This document shows positions 20,209-30,179 of a DNA stretch of 64,000 bases, piece by piece (position 1 is the stretch's first letter; the number at the start of each line of letters is the position of its first letter). The stretch is from assembly GCA_041746575.1 (NCBI GenBank), contig JBGTGT010000121.1, positions 1 through 64,000 on the forward strand. The letters run 5' to 3'. The translations under genes were made by a program, and so were the position numbers. Source of the stretch: Microcystaceae cyanobacterium. Lineage in GTDB: Bacteria; Cyanobacteriota; Cyanobacteriia; Cyanobacteriales; Microcystaceae. The notes below the pieces were generated by a model. It saw only the letters and a list, made by a program, of their open reading frames with translations, searched no databases and had not been told where the DNA came from.

Positions 20209-21306
20209 ATGATCACACTATTCAAACGGCTTTGGACATGGCTAAAAAGCCTTTTAGGGGGAAATCGCCAACAAAAACGGAATAAAGACCTCAAACCGTT
20301 CACTGAGACGGATTATGAATTCCTCTTTTTCCAATTACTGGATGGTGTGGCTCATGGTTGGCATGGCGGACGAATTGTTCGCTTTTTTGAGCAATTGGGA
20401 GAACAAGGGAAAACCCGACGCTGGGTGACGTGGTTAGAAGGATATCAGGAGAAAGTGCTAGCCTCCTCCGTTCCCAATCTCCAGTTAGCGGCGCGATTAA
20501 TGCGCCTAGGGGAATTAGCCGCCCCTTTCCCCAAAATTGAGCCGATTGGCACTGCCGCCTACGAAATGGGTCGTCAGCTTTATCTTAGACAAGCTAATTC
20601 CGAGATATGGGAGTATGATGGACCTGATGTTAATCCCTTAGCAATTTCTTCTTCTTCTACTGATACTGAGTTGGAAACCATTACCCTCGAAGAACTCACA
20701 AGTCGTATTCAGCAAGACGAAACCCTAGCATCTCAGTTAAAAGAACAACTCAATTTATCCGAAGAAACTGACCACCAAAGCGTTATTGATGCCCTTGTTC
20801 AGCAATTTACAACCTCACAACACCCCACTGATCAGCCACAACCGCCAGAAACCGTCGATCAGTGGTTTAATCAAGGTCTCCAACAGGCACAATTAGGCGA
20901 TTTAGAAGGAGCGATCGCCGCTTGGGATCAAGCCCTTGCGCTGAATCCGCAACTGTCTCAAGCTTGGCATAATCGGGGCAATGCCTTAGCCAATTTAGGC
21001 AAAAAAGAGGAAGCCTTAGATAGCCTAGAGCAAGCCTTAGCGTTAAATCCCCAAGATCCCCAAGCATGGAACACCAAAGCCCATGTTTTCTACGAAGATC
21101 AACAATGGCAAGAAGCGATCGCCTGTTGGAATCAAGTTATCGAATTACAGCCGGCAATTCCCCAAGTTTGGTACAATCAAGCCTGTGCTTGGGACAACCT
21201 AAATAACTCAGAAAAAGCAATCGAGGGTTATAAACAGGTTTTAGCTTTAGATCCTGACTTTGAACCTGCAAAAGAGCGATTAGCCGAATTATCTAACCCT
21301 TCTTAG
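20209..21306 (+). CDS. Tetratricopeptide repeat protein
   Basis: Four C-terminal TPRs (AWHNRGNALANLG, AWNTKA, VWYNQA); ATG 20209. Confidence 0.85.
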   Translation: MITLFKRLWTWLKSLLGGNRQQKRNKDLKPFTETDYEFLFFQLLDGVAHGWHGGRIVRFFEQLGEQGKTRRWVTWLEGYQEKVLASSVPNLQLAARLMRLGELAAPFPKIEPIGTAAYEMGRQLYLRQANSEIWEYDGPDVNPLAISSSSTDTELETITLEELTSRIQQDETLASQLKEQLNLSEETDHQSVIDALVQQFTTSQHPTDQPQPPETVDQWFNQGLQQAQLGDLEGAIAAWDQALALNPQLSQAWHNRGNALANLGKKEEALDSLEQALALNPQDPQAWNTKAHVFYEDQQWQEAIACWNQVIELQPAIPQVWYNQACAWDNLNNSEKAIEGYKQVLALDPDFEPAKERLAELSNPS

Positions 21307-21320
21307 TCTATCTTACCTAA

Positions 21321-22436
<1,116 letters not shown>

Positions 22437-22542
22437 TGACTTTTACCAGAAATACAGATGGAATACTGGTTTCCCGGTTTACGACTGAAGTCGGAAAACA
22501 AACCAAAAGATGGGTAAATATCCTCACCCTAATCTTACTTTA

Positions 22543-22558
22543 GTCGGTTTCACCGGAC
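22543..22558. promoter_or_regulatory. K-box-like (GTnCGG) element upstream of hhoA
   Basis: Reverse strand GTCCGG-TGAA-ACCGAC resembles the cyanobacterial K-box GTTCGG-NNAN-CCNNAC; upstream of a stress protease. Confidence 0.3.
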
Positions 22559-22612
22559 GGTTACAATAAAAACGATAGCTATGATAAATAATTTATTAAA
22601 GACAGAAAACCT

Positions 22613-23812
22613 ATGAAACCATCCCGCTTTTTACGTCACTGGAATACCCATCTTCTTTCTTTGGGTCTAGGGGTGTTGTTATCCTTAAGTAGTCTGCCCC
22701 TGTTAACCTCCCAAGCCGCCCTTTACAAAGAATCGATGGTTACGCCGATTGAATCGCCTCTCACCCTTGCTAAAGCTCCTCCTTTGAGTAGTGAAAGCTT
22801 CGTCGCCGCCGCAGTAACTCGTACGGGTGCATCCGTCGTGCGGATTGATACGGAAACGGTGGTAAATCGTCGCCTTGATCCCTTTTTTGATGATCCTTTT
22901 TTTCGTGACTTTTTTGGGGGTCGTGTTGCTCCGATGCCACAACAACAACGCGTTAGCGGCCAAGGGTCTGGATTTATTATTAATGGAAACGGCATTATTT
23001 TAACAAACGCCCATGTGGTGAATAATGCCAATAAAGTAACGGTGACTCTCAGAGATGGTCGTACCTTCGACGGTAAAGTTCAAGGAACGGACGAAGTCAC
23101 GGATTTAGCAGTGGTGAAGATTGAGGCGCAGGGAGAAAGTTTGCCCGTTGCCCCATTAGGGGATTCTAGTTCGATACAGGTAGGCGATTGGGCGATCGCT
23201 GTGGGAAATCCCGTTGGGTTGGATAATACGGTGACTTTAGGCATTATTAGCACCATTGGACGGTCGGCGGCTAAGGCCGGTATTCCCGACAAACGCCTAG
23301 ATTTTATTCAAACCGATGCGGCGATTAATCCGGGCAATTCAGGAGGACCGCTTTTAAATGCACAGGGAGAAGTTATCGGCATTAATACGGCGATTCGTGC
23401 CGATGCCATGGGGATTGGTTTTGCGATTCCTATTAATAAGGCTAAATCCCTCGAAAATATCCTCGCTAGCGGCGGCACTGTACCTCACCCCTATATTGGG
23501 GTACAAATGGTTAATATTACACCAGAAGAAGCCAAAAACAACAATCAAAACCCTAATACCTCTTTCTATCTACCTGAAGTCAATGGGATCTTAGTTGTGG
23601 GGGTTGTTCCGAGTACCCCTGCTGAAAAGGCAGGAATCCGGCGGGGAGACGTTATTATTGCCGTAAATGGTCGTGCTATCAGTGATGGGGGTGAATTACA
23701 AAACCTTGTTGAGCAGACTGGTATTGACCAATCCTTGAAGCTAAAACTCCTGCGCGGAGAACGGACGATGGAATTAACGGTGCGAACGGCTCAATTAAAA
23801 AGCGAAAGTTAA
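22613..23812 (+). CDS. hhoA: HtrA/DegP-family serine protease with PDZ domain
   Basis: Signal-like N-terminus, TNAHVV, DLAVVK, DAAINPGNSGGPL, single PDZ. Confidence 0.88.
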   Translation: MKPSRFLRHWNTHLLSLGLGVLLSLSSLPLLTSQAALYKESMVTPIESPLTLAKAPPLSSESFVAAAVTRTGASVVRIDTETVVNRRLDPFFDDPFFRDFFGGRVAPMPQQQRVSGQGSGFIINGNGIILTNAHVVNNANKVTVTLRDGRTFDGKVQGTDEVTDLAVVKIEAQGESLPVAPLGDSSSIQVGDWAIAVGNPVGLDNTVTLGIISTIGRSAAKAGIPDKRLDFIQTDAAINPGNSGGPLLNAQGEVIGINTAIRADAMGIGFAIPINKAKSLENILASGGTVPHPYIGVQMVNITPEEAKNNNQNPNTSFYLPEVNGILVVGVVPSTPAEKAGIRRGDVIIAVNGRAISDGGELQNLVEQTGIDQSLKLKLLRGERTMELTVRTAQLKSES

Positions 23813-23823
23813 CCTCACAATTA

Positions 23824-23851
23824 GGTCAGGGAACGACCCTCCCTGACTTTT
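23824..23851 (+). terminator. Intrinsic terminator after hhoA
   Basis: GTCAGGGA/TCCCTGAC stem followed by TTTT. Confidence 0.7.
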
Positions 23852-23886
23852 CGGTATTTCTCATGAATTTTATCGGAGTTTTAGGA

Positions 23887-24295
23887 ATGTGTGCGGTGAT
23901 TCAGCGAATAAAGAGGTCTCAAGTATCAGTTGACGCAGAAATACCCTGAAAAATTGAATAAGGTCCCAATTTATTAGGGGGAATCGCAGAAAATGATACA
24001 GAACCCGTTTTAGATTGGATGGTCAAAAAATGTTTGGAATTGCGTCTTTTTCCCGATGAACAGGGCAAAAGTTGGGGAAAATCTTGCCAAGATATCCAAA
24101 GAGAGTTATTAGTCAATTTACCCTATACGGTGACTGTCGTAAAGGTCGTCATCCCTCCTTTAGTCAATGGCTATCCCCCCTAAAGCGGAAATTCTTTATG
24201 ATCAATTTGTCGAAAAATTGCGCCAAAGTAAATTAAAGGTAGAAACGGGTCAATTTGGTACAATGATGCAGGTCACTTTGATTTTAGAACGCTAG
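23887..24295 (+). pseudogene. dtd: D-aminoacyl-tRNA deacylase (DTD1) pseudogene
   Basis: MCAVIQRI.., stops TGA 23947 and TAA 23959, [12 protein letters not shown], frameshifted [17 protein letters not shown], second frameshift, [18 protein letters not shown] with the NDGP segment missing. Confidence 0.88.
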
Positions 24296-24333
24296 TTTTT
24301 AGCGAAAAATGTATCCGAAGTTCTCTTAATACA

Positions 24334-24627
24334 ATGTCTAAAGAAAATTTATTTGCCCTTTCCCTATTTCCTTATCTTGCTTTTCTTTGGTTTATCACTC
24401 GCTCAGAAAAAACCCCTCGTTTAGCGTTAGTCGGATTTTATGTTTTATTATTATTTGTTGGGGTAACCATTCCGGCTGGAATTTATGCAAAAGTTCATTA
24501 TGGGGAAGCTTTAGCCAATGTAGATTGGTTACACGGAAGTGCAGAATTTTTCTTGACGTTATCTAATGTGCTGGTAGTATTAGGATTTCGTCAAGCGGTT
24601 ATTGAATACGAAAACAAAGAAAATTAA
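24334..24627 (+). CDS. DUF3593 family membrane protein
   Basis: LFALSLFPYLAFLWF, LANVDWLHGSAE.FLTLSN. Confidence 0.85.
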   Translation: MSKENLFALSLFPYLAFLWFITRSEKTPRLALVGFYVLLLFVGVTIPAGIYAKVHYGEALANVDWLHGSAEFFLTLSNVLVVLGFRQAVIEYENKEN

Positions 24628-24954
24628 TCACAATATTAAGGCACCAAAATGCGGTTGAGCCTTTAAACGGGCAATTAACGTACCGTTCAATTAATAACCA
24701 CCGATAGCGGAAAACCAAAATATCAATTCTCTTCTGATTTCTGTATAGCGGTATATCGCTTTTCTCAGCGTCATGGGTTAAACTCTCTCTAACGGTTCAT
24801 TGCTTTTGGCTTGACCGAGATACGGGGAGATTTGATTGGGTAAAGACAAGTCCTTGCTGGAAAGCAGCGGTCAATCTTGAGTTTTAAATCTACACAGACG
24901 TAGATTAATCTACCCTCTACCCTCTACCCTCGAAAATTTACAAATATTTGACCT

Positions 24955-26403
24955 ATGACGATTCAAACCCCACAATGGGTAAAAAGTGCTGTTTTTTACC
25001 AAATTTTTCCTGATCGCTTTGCTAAAACCCAACAAGCTCACTCAGGACATTGGAAATCTACAAATTTAGAATCTTGGGAAAGTCCTCCCTCTCTACAAGG
25101 ATATAAAGGGGGAGATTTGTGGGGAATTATTGAAAAGATGGACTATTTACAAGAACTAGGCGTAAATGCTTTGTATTTTACCCCCATTTTTCAATCGGCA
25201 TCTAATCACCGTTATCATACCCACGATTATTATCAAGTTGATCCCTTACTAGGCGGAAATTCAGCTTTTTTTGCCCTTTTAGAGGCGGCTCACCAACGAA
25301 ATATTAAAATCGTCTTAGATGGAGTTTTTAACCATGCGAGTCGAGGCTTTTCTTTTTTTAATGACATTCTCGAACATGGCCCTCATTCAGCTTGGTTAGA
25401 TTGGTTTAAAGTAGAAGATTGGCCGCTATCTCCCTATGATGGCTCAAAACCGGCTAATTATGTAGGCTGGATGGGGAATCGCGCCTTACCTGAGTTTGAT
25501 CATGATAATCCGCAGGTCAGAGAATATATCATGCAAGTGGGGGAATATTGGATTAAACAAGGGATTGATGGCTGGCGATTGGATGTTCCCAATGAAGTCA
25601 AAACGGAGGGATTTTGGCAGGAATTTCGAGAAAGAGTTAAAGCAATTAATTCAGAGGCGTATATTGTTGGAGAAATCTGGGACGATGCGACAGAATGGCT
25701 AGATGGAACGCAATTTGATGGGGTTATGAATTATCCTTGGGCAGAAGCAACGATTGCTTTTTTGGGGGGAAATCAAGTGATAAAAGAACACTTAGGAAAT
25801 CTTCATTTTGCTCCCTATCCATTAATTACGGCCAAAGAATATCGGGATCGAATGGAATCTCTTTTAGTCCGCTATGATTGGAATATTCAACTGACTCAAT
25901 TAAATCTTTTAGATAGTCATGATACGCCAAGATTATTCAGTTTGATTGGGGAAGATCAAAATATCGTTAAGTTAGCAACCTTGCTCCTATTGACGTTTCC
26001 GGGTGCGCCTAGCATTTATTATGGGGACGAAGTCGGTTTGTCGGGCGGAAATGATCCCGATTGTCGTCGCAGTTTTCCGGCTGAAAAAGATTGGAATTTA
26101 GAAATATTAAATTATCACAAAACCCTCATTAAGCTTCGTCATCAATATTCTGCTTTAAGTCTGGGCGATTATAATGTTTTATGGGCGGATGAAAGGGTTT
26201 ATCTTTTCAGTAGAACTTCTGCCGAAGAAAAAATAATGATTGGCATTAATAGCGGTTATCAGACTCAAAAAATTGATGTAACAATTCCTTTTATTCCTCA
26301 GAAAGTATTATATGAAACTGAGACATTAACTTGGCAATTAGAGGAAAAAGAGAAAGTTTTAAGTCTAACGATTCCTGCTCGTAGCGGTTTTATTTTAAAG
26401 TAA
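24955..26403 (+). CDS. GH13 neopullulanase/cyclomaltodextrinase-type alpha-glycosidase
   Basis: FYQIFPDRF, SNHRYHT.DY, LDGVFNH, DGWRLDV, IVGEIW, LLDSHDTPR, IYYGDEVG. Confidence 0.9.
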   Translation: MTIQTPQWVKSAVFYQIFPDRFAKTQQAHSGHWKSTNLESWESPPSLQGYKGGDLWGIIEKMDYLQELGVNALYFTPIFQSASNHRYHTHDYYQVDPLLGGNSAFFALLEAAHQRNIKIVLDGVFNHASRGFSFFNDILEHGPHSAWLDWFKVEDWPLSPYDGSKPANYVGWMGNRALPEFDHDNPQVREYIMQVGEYWIKQGIDGWRLDVPNEVKTEGFWQEFRERVKAINSEAYIVGEIWDDATEWLDGTQFDGVMNYPWAEATIAFLGGNQVIKEHLGNLHFAPYPLITAKEYRDRMESLLVRYDWNIQLTQLNLLDSHDTPRLFSLIGEDQNIVKLATLLLLTFPGAPSIYYGDEVGLSGGNDPDCRRSFPAEKDWNLEILNYHKTLIKLRHQYSALSLGDYNVLWADERVYLFSRTSAEEKIMIGINSGYQTQKIDVTIPFIPQKVLYETETLTWQLEEKEKVLSLTIPARSGFILK

Positions 26404-26413
26404 TTCACTCAAC

Positions 26414-27079
26414 CTACCAATCATCCTGAGAGGGATTTAAGGGCTTATTTTTCATTTGTTCAAGCTGACTATCAATTGCTTTTTTGTCTTCTAAACTCAT
26501 AAATCTTTCTTCGAGGGGATCGATAAAAGTGGCAGATCGGGCATCTAGTTCAATAATTTTATGCTCAATTTGTTCAAAAACGCTCGTTGTACTCTGGGTA
26601 TCTAAATGATGGATAATTTCCTGAAATTTCTGATTGGCGTTTGCTGAACGTAAACGGGCTAAATAAAGATTTTTCTTAGTTTTTGCCTCTAAATATTGTT
26701 TCTCTAAGGCCAATAAATTCTCCTTGAGTTTTTGAATAAAATCCCGTTGTTGATTGACTTGTTCTTGTAAGGTTTTGAGATTACTTTGATAGGATTGACG
26801 ACGCATGAGGGCATCCCGTGCTAACCCCTCATTGCCCTTATCTAAGGCCAGTTGCGCTCGTTCGTACCACTGATCGGCAGAAACACGATAACTGCTGACT
26901 TGACGCTCCGTTCGTTTATAGGTGGCGATCGCAGAAGCAAGGGCGCGTCGCATTTCAATCACTTCCTGCTCCATCTCCATCACTGCCTGTTCCAGCACTT
27001 TTTCTGGATCTTCGGACTCGGTGATGAGACTGTTAATCTGACTACGGACAACCCCACTTAAACGCTGCCAAAAACTCAT
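26414..27079 (-). CDS. PspA/IM30 family coiled-coil protein (no Vipp1-type C-terminal extension)
   Basis: EDPEKVLEQAV.EM, AQLALDKGNEGLARDAL, LEERF..LE. Confidence 0.88.
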   Translation of the reverse strand: MSFWQRLSGVVRSQINSLITESEDPEKVLEQAVMEMEQEVIEMRRALASAIATYKRTERQVSSYRVSADQWYERAQLALDKGNEGLARDALMRRQSYQSNLKTLQEQVNQQRDFIQKLKENLLALEKQYLEAKTKKNLYLARLRSANANQKFQEIIHHLDTQSTTSVFEQIEHKIIELDARSATFIDPLEERFMSLEDKKAIDSQLEQMKNKPLNPSQDDW

Positions 27080-27273
27080 AAGCTTTAATCTTCAATTGCG
27101 ATCGCTTCTTAATTTTAGTGTAATTTTTGGCGGCAGGGGGGCAATGGGGAAACTTGGACTTTAAACCTTGAGTCAGATGCTTCATATCTCAATTATCCTT
27201 ATTTAATATATATTAAGGAACTGTATAAGCATTTAACAAAATTAACCCAAATTAAAATTGAGGCATAAAACAC

Positions 27274-28308
27274 GTGGGCTGGTTTAATCGTTTGTCGTTA
27301 TCACGGGACATTGGCATAGACTTAGGGACGGCGAACACACTCGTTTATATATCGGGGAAGGGGATTGTCTTAGAAGAGCCTTCAGTGATTGCAGTTGACC
27401 AAAATAAGAATCCCATTGCTGTTGGGGAAGAAGCAAAACAGATGTTAGGACGGACTCCCGAAAATGTCACTGCCTTGCGTCCACTGAGGGATGGAGTGAT
27501 TGCAGACTTTTATAGTGCCATGATTATGTTGACGGAATTTATTCAACGGGCTAATCAAGGTAACGCCGTGAGTAACCCGCGCATGGTGATTGGGATTCCC
27601 AGTGGGATCACTGAAGTGGAGCGAAGAGCCGTTATTGATGCGGCTAAGGAGGCAGGTGCAAGGGAGGTGGGATTAATCGAAGAACCCTTTGCCGCCGCTT
27701 TGGGGGCAGGTTTACCGGTCATGGATGCCACGGGGAATATGATGGTGGATATTGGGGGAGGAACAACGGAAGTTGCTATCCTCAATTTTCAGCGAAAAGT
27801 CGTGAGTGAATCAGTACGAGTCGCAGGGGATGAGTTAACTAACTCGATTATTCAGTACCTTAAGCGAAAAGAGGGCTTAAATATTGGGGAAAGAACCGCA
27901 GAAGAGATTAAAATTCGGTTGGGGGCGGCTTATCCGAGTCACTTAGATAAGGAGGAGATGGAAGTCCGTGGTTTGCATTTGATCTCTGGCTTACCCAAAA
28001 CGGTGACGGTGTCAGGCTTTGAGATTCGAGAAAGCTTAGAAGAGGCGATCGCTGTGATTGTGGCGGCAGTCAAACGTACCCTAGAACGGATGCCCCCAGA
28101 ATTAGCCTCGGATATCATCGACCGAGGGATTGTGATGGCGGGTGGTGGGGCTTTATTACACGGCATTGATCAGCGTATTAGCCATGAAACGGGCATTGTA
28201 ACCCATATTGCAGACGATCCCCTACGCTGTGTGGTTAAAGGAACGGGAGAAGTCTTTAAAAATCCCCAACTGCTTCAAAAGATTATGGAAGAAAGCGCAC
28301 GAATTTAG
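27274..28308 (+). CDS. mreB: Rod shape-determining protein MreB
   Basis: GIDLGTANT, RPLRDGVIADF, TEVERRAV, DIGGGTTEVA, GERTAEEIKI, GGGALL; GTG start. Confidence 0.95.
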   Translation: MGWFNRLSLSRDIGIDLGTANTLVYISGKGIVLEEPSVIAVDQNKNPIAVGEEAKQMLGRTPENVTALRPLRDGVIADFYSAMIMLTEFIQRANQGNAVSNPRMVIGIPSGITEVERRAVIDAAKEAGAREVGLIEEPFAAALGAGLPVMDATGNMMVDIGGGTTEVAILNFQRKVVSESVRVAGDELTNSIIQYLKRKEGLNIGERTAEEIKIRLGAAYPSHLDKEEMEVRGLHLISGLPKTVTVSGFEIRESLEEAIAVIVAAVKRTLERMPPELASDIIDRGIVMAGGGALLHGIDQRISHETGIVTHIADDPLRCVVKGTGEVFKNPQLLQKIMEESARI

Positions 28309-28333
28309 GTTCACTTAACCGGGGAATACAAAA

Positions 28334-29086
28334 ATGCTAATGGATCAACGTTGGTGGCAAAATAACGGAAAATACTTAATTTGGTCGGTGATAGTGTTAG
28401 CGATCGCGGGTTTTCTTCATCAAACTCAAGGAGAGGCAATTTTAGAAGTCTATCGCTTTCTGGCACACCCTTTTGAAGGGGAATCGGCGGCCGTACAAGA
28501 AGCCCGATTAAAAAGCGCAAAAATTAGTGAACTACAGCAAAAAGTAGCTGAATTGGAAAAACAAAACCAACAATTCCAAAAAATGCTAGGAATTAATCAA
28601 GAAAAGCAAGCAAATTATATTAATGCGCCTGTTATCGGACGAAGTGCTGATGCGTGGTGGCAACAGGTGATTCTCGGTCGAGGTAGCGCGGATGGCATTC
28701 AAAAAGGCTACGTCGTCAGTGGCATTGGGGGATTAATCGGACGGGTGGTGGATGTCACCCCTCATACCAGTCGGGTGCTATTAATTAGTGATCCGACGAG
28801 CCAGGTAGGGGTTAGCGTAACCCGCAGTCGTTCGGTGGGGTATATCAAAGGCAATGGTTCATCATTAGTAATAATGTCGTTTATTGAGAAAGTTCCTGAC
28901 GTGAAGGTAGGGGATAACATTACCACCTCTAATGTCAGTTGGTTATTTCCGGCGGCAATTCCCGTGGGCAAAGTAAAATCCCTCAATCTAGATGGCAGAC
29001 TTTTACCGGAGGCAACCGTTGAACTCAGCGCACCCATTGATCATTTGGAATGGGTTTCTGTTCAACCTTATCAAGCACCTTTTTAA
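28334..29086 (+). CDS. mreC: Rod shape-determining protein MreC
   Basis: TM helix, coiled coil, APVIGRSADAWWQQ, GLIGRV, SRVLLISDP; directly after mreB. Confidence 0.9.
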   Translation: MLMDQRWWQNNGKYLIWSVIVLAIAGFLHQTQGEAILEVYRFLAHPFEGESAAVQEARLKSAKISELQQKVAELEKQNQQFQKMLGINQEKQANYINAPVIGRSADAWWQQVILGRGSADGIQKGYVVSGIGGLIGRVVDVTPHTSRVLLISDPTSQVGVSVTRSRSVGYIKGNGSSLVIMSFIEKVPDVKVGDNITTSNVSWLFPAAIPVGKVKSLNLDGRLLPEATVELSAPIDHLEWVSVQPYQAPF

Positions 29087-29135
29087 GCAGTTATTGAAGC
29101 GATTAACCAATGTTTTGGGATCTTAGGCTAAATCG

Positions 29136-29747
29136 TTAGAGGTTATTGATAAAGGCTTCAACAACTTTCAAGGCTTGAGGGGAAATTTCATGCCCCATCT
29201 CAAACGTTTGATAGGTGACGGTTGCCCCTAAAAGGGTTAGTTCATCTCTGGCTTGTTGTGCCGCTTTGAGGGGAACGACCATATCCTGCTGACCATGAAT
29301 GATCAAAATAGGAGGAATTTGCGCTTTCTGACGATTTCTGGCTTCAAAATGGAGATAGCCGCTCAAACTGCACAATCCGGCTAAGGGTAAGTCTAATCCT
29401 ACATCCAAAGTCATTGCGCCTCCTTGGGAGAAGCCACTGAGAACTGTTTGGGATAAAGAGACACCTGTTTGCTCTTCGAGGGATAATAGCCAATCTAAGA
29501 GCATTTGACGACCTTCTGCTAAACCTGGGTAGTTACTGCTTTCTAAGGCATACCACGCCCTCCCTCCTCTTACTTCAGGATGGGGAAACGGTGCATTCGG
29601 AAAGATGAATTGATAGTCAGGAAGGTTAAAAAAGGAGGCTAAAGAGGCTAAATCTTGGTAATTTGCACCCCAACCATGTAGTGCCACCATCAAATGTTTG
29701 GGGGCTTCACCGTTACTAGGGGGAATTAAAATGGCTTCGAGAGACAG
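29136..29747 (-). CDS. Phospholipase/carboxylesterase (alpha/beta hydrolase)
   Basis: LHGWGAN, GFSQGG, HGQQDMVV, MGHEI triad; start either CTG 29747 (8 nt after GGAGG) or TTG 29762. Confidence 0.88.
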   Translation of the reverse strand: MSLEAILIPPSNGEAPKHLMVALHGWGANYQDLASLASFFNLPDYQFIFPNAPFPHPEVRGGRAWYALESSNYPGLAEGRQMLLDWLLSLEEQTGVSLSQTVLSGFSQGGAMTLDVGLDLPLAGLCSLSGYLHFEARNRQKAQIPPILIIHGQQDMVVPLKAAQQARDELTLLGATVTYQTFEMGHEISPQALKVVEAFINNL

Positions 29748-29915
29748 GGGGTTTTCCTCCAAATGAACTCAACTAAAATCATTTTAAAGGGAAAAGCTAT
29801 TCCTGCCATGCTTTAACGGAAGTGGTAAAAGAAGTCCTCATTCTCAGTGCAAGCGGATCGATGTAGTTCACAAAACATTAGTCTTTAAGGAGGCGACCTC
29901 TAGTCATACCCCTCT

Positions 29916-29976
29916 GGGTGCAAACTTTGCACCTCTACCATCAATCATGTACCTTATCAAGTTGCAAAACGCTGTA
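29916..29976 (-). repeat. GTAG-type REP hairpin with flanking REPIN/MITE-like arm
   Basis: Minus strand GTAGAGGTGCAAAGTTTGCACCC (GGTGCAAA/TTTGCACC palindrome) preceded by TACAGCGTTTTGCAACTTGATAAGGTACA; the arm assignment is inference. Confidence 0.55.
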
Positions 29977-30179
29977 ATAAGAATTTGACTAGAAAAAAAC
30001 TTTTCTCCAATAGAATTTATTAACCGTTTGCAGGAAACTCTTTTTTCATTACCCTAGCGTAGTTCATATTAAATAGCTAATATCCATTAAGATTCCTAAA
30101 CCCATTAAAGAGATAAAATGTTCTATAAGCCTGTCAATCGCTCAGCAAATTGCCGTCCTAAACCTAGATCTTGACCACA

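Noticed and set aside
23919..24116. 65-aa minus-strand ORF
   Set aside because: Antisense to the dtd pseudogene
24628..24900. Coding-looking intergenic stretch after DUF3593
   Set aside because: No frame gave a family I could recognise; may be a gene remnant, and needs TBLASTX
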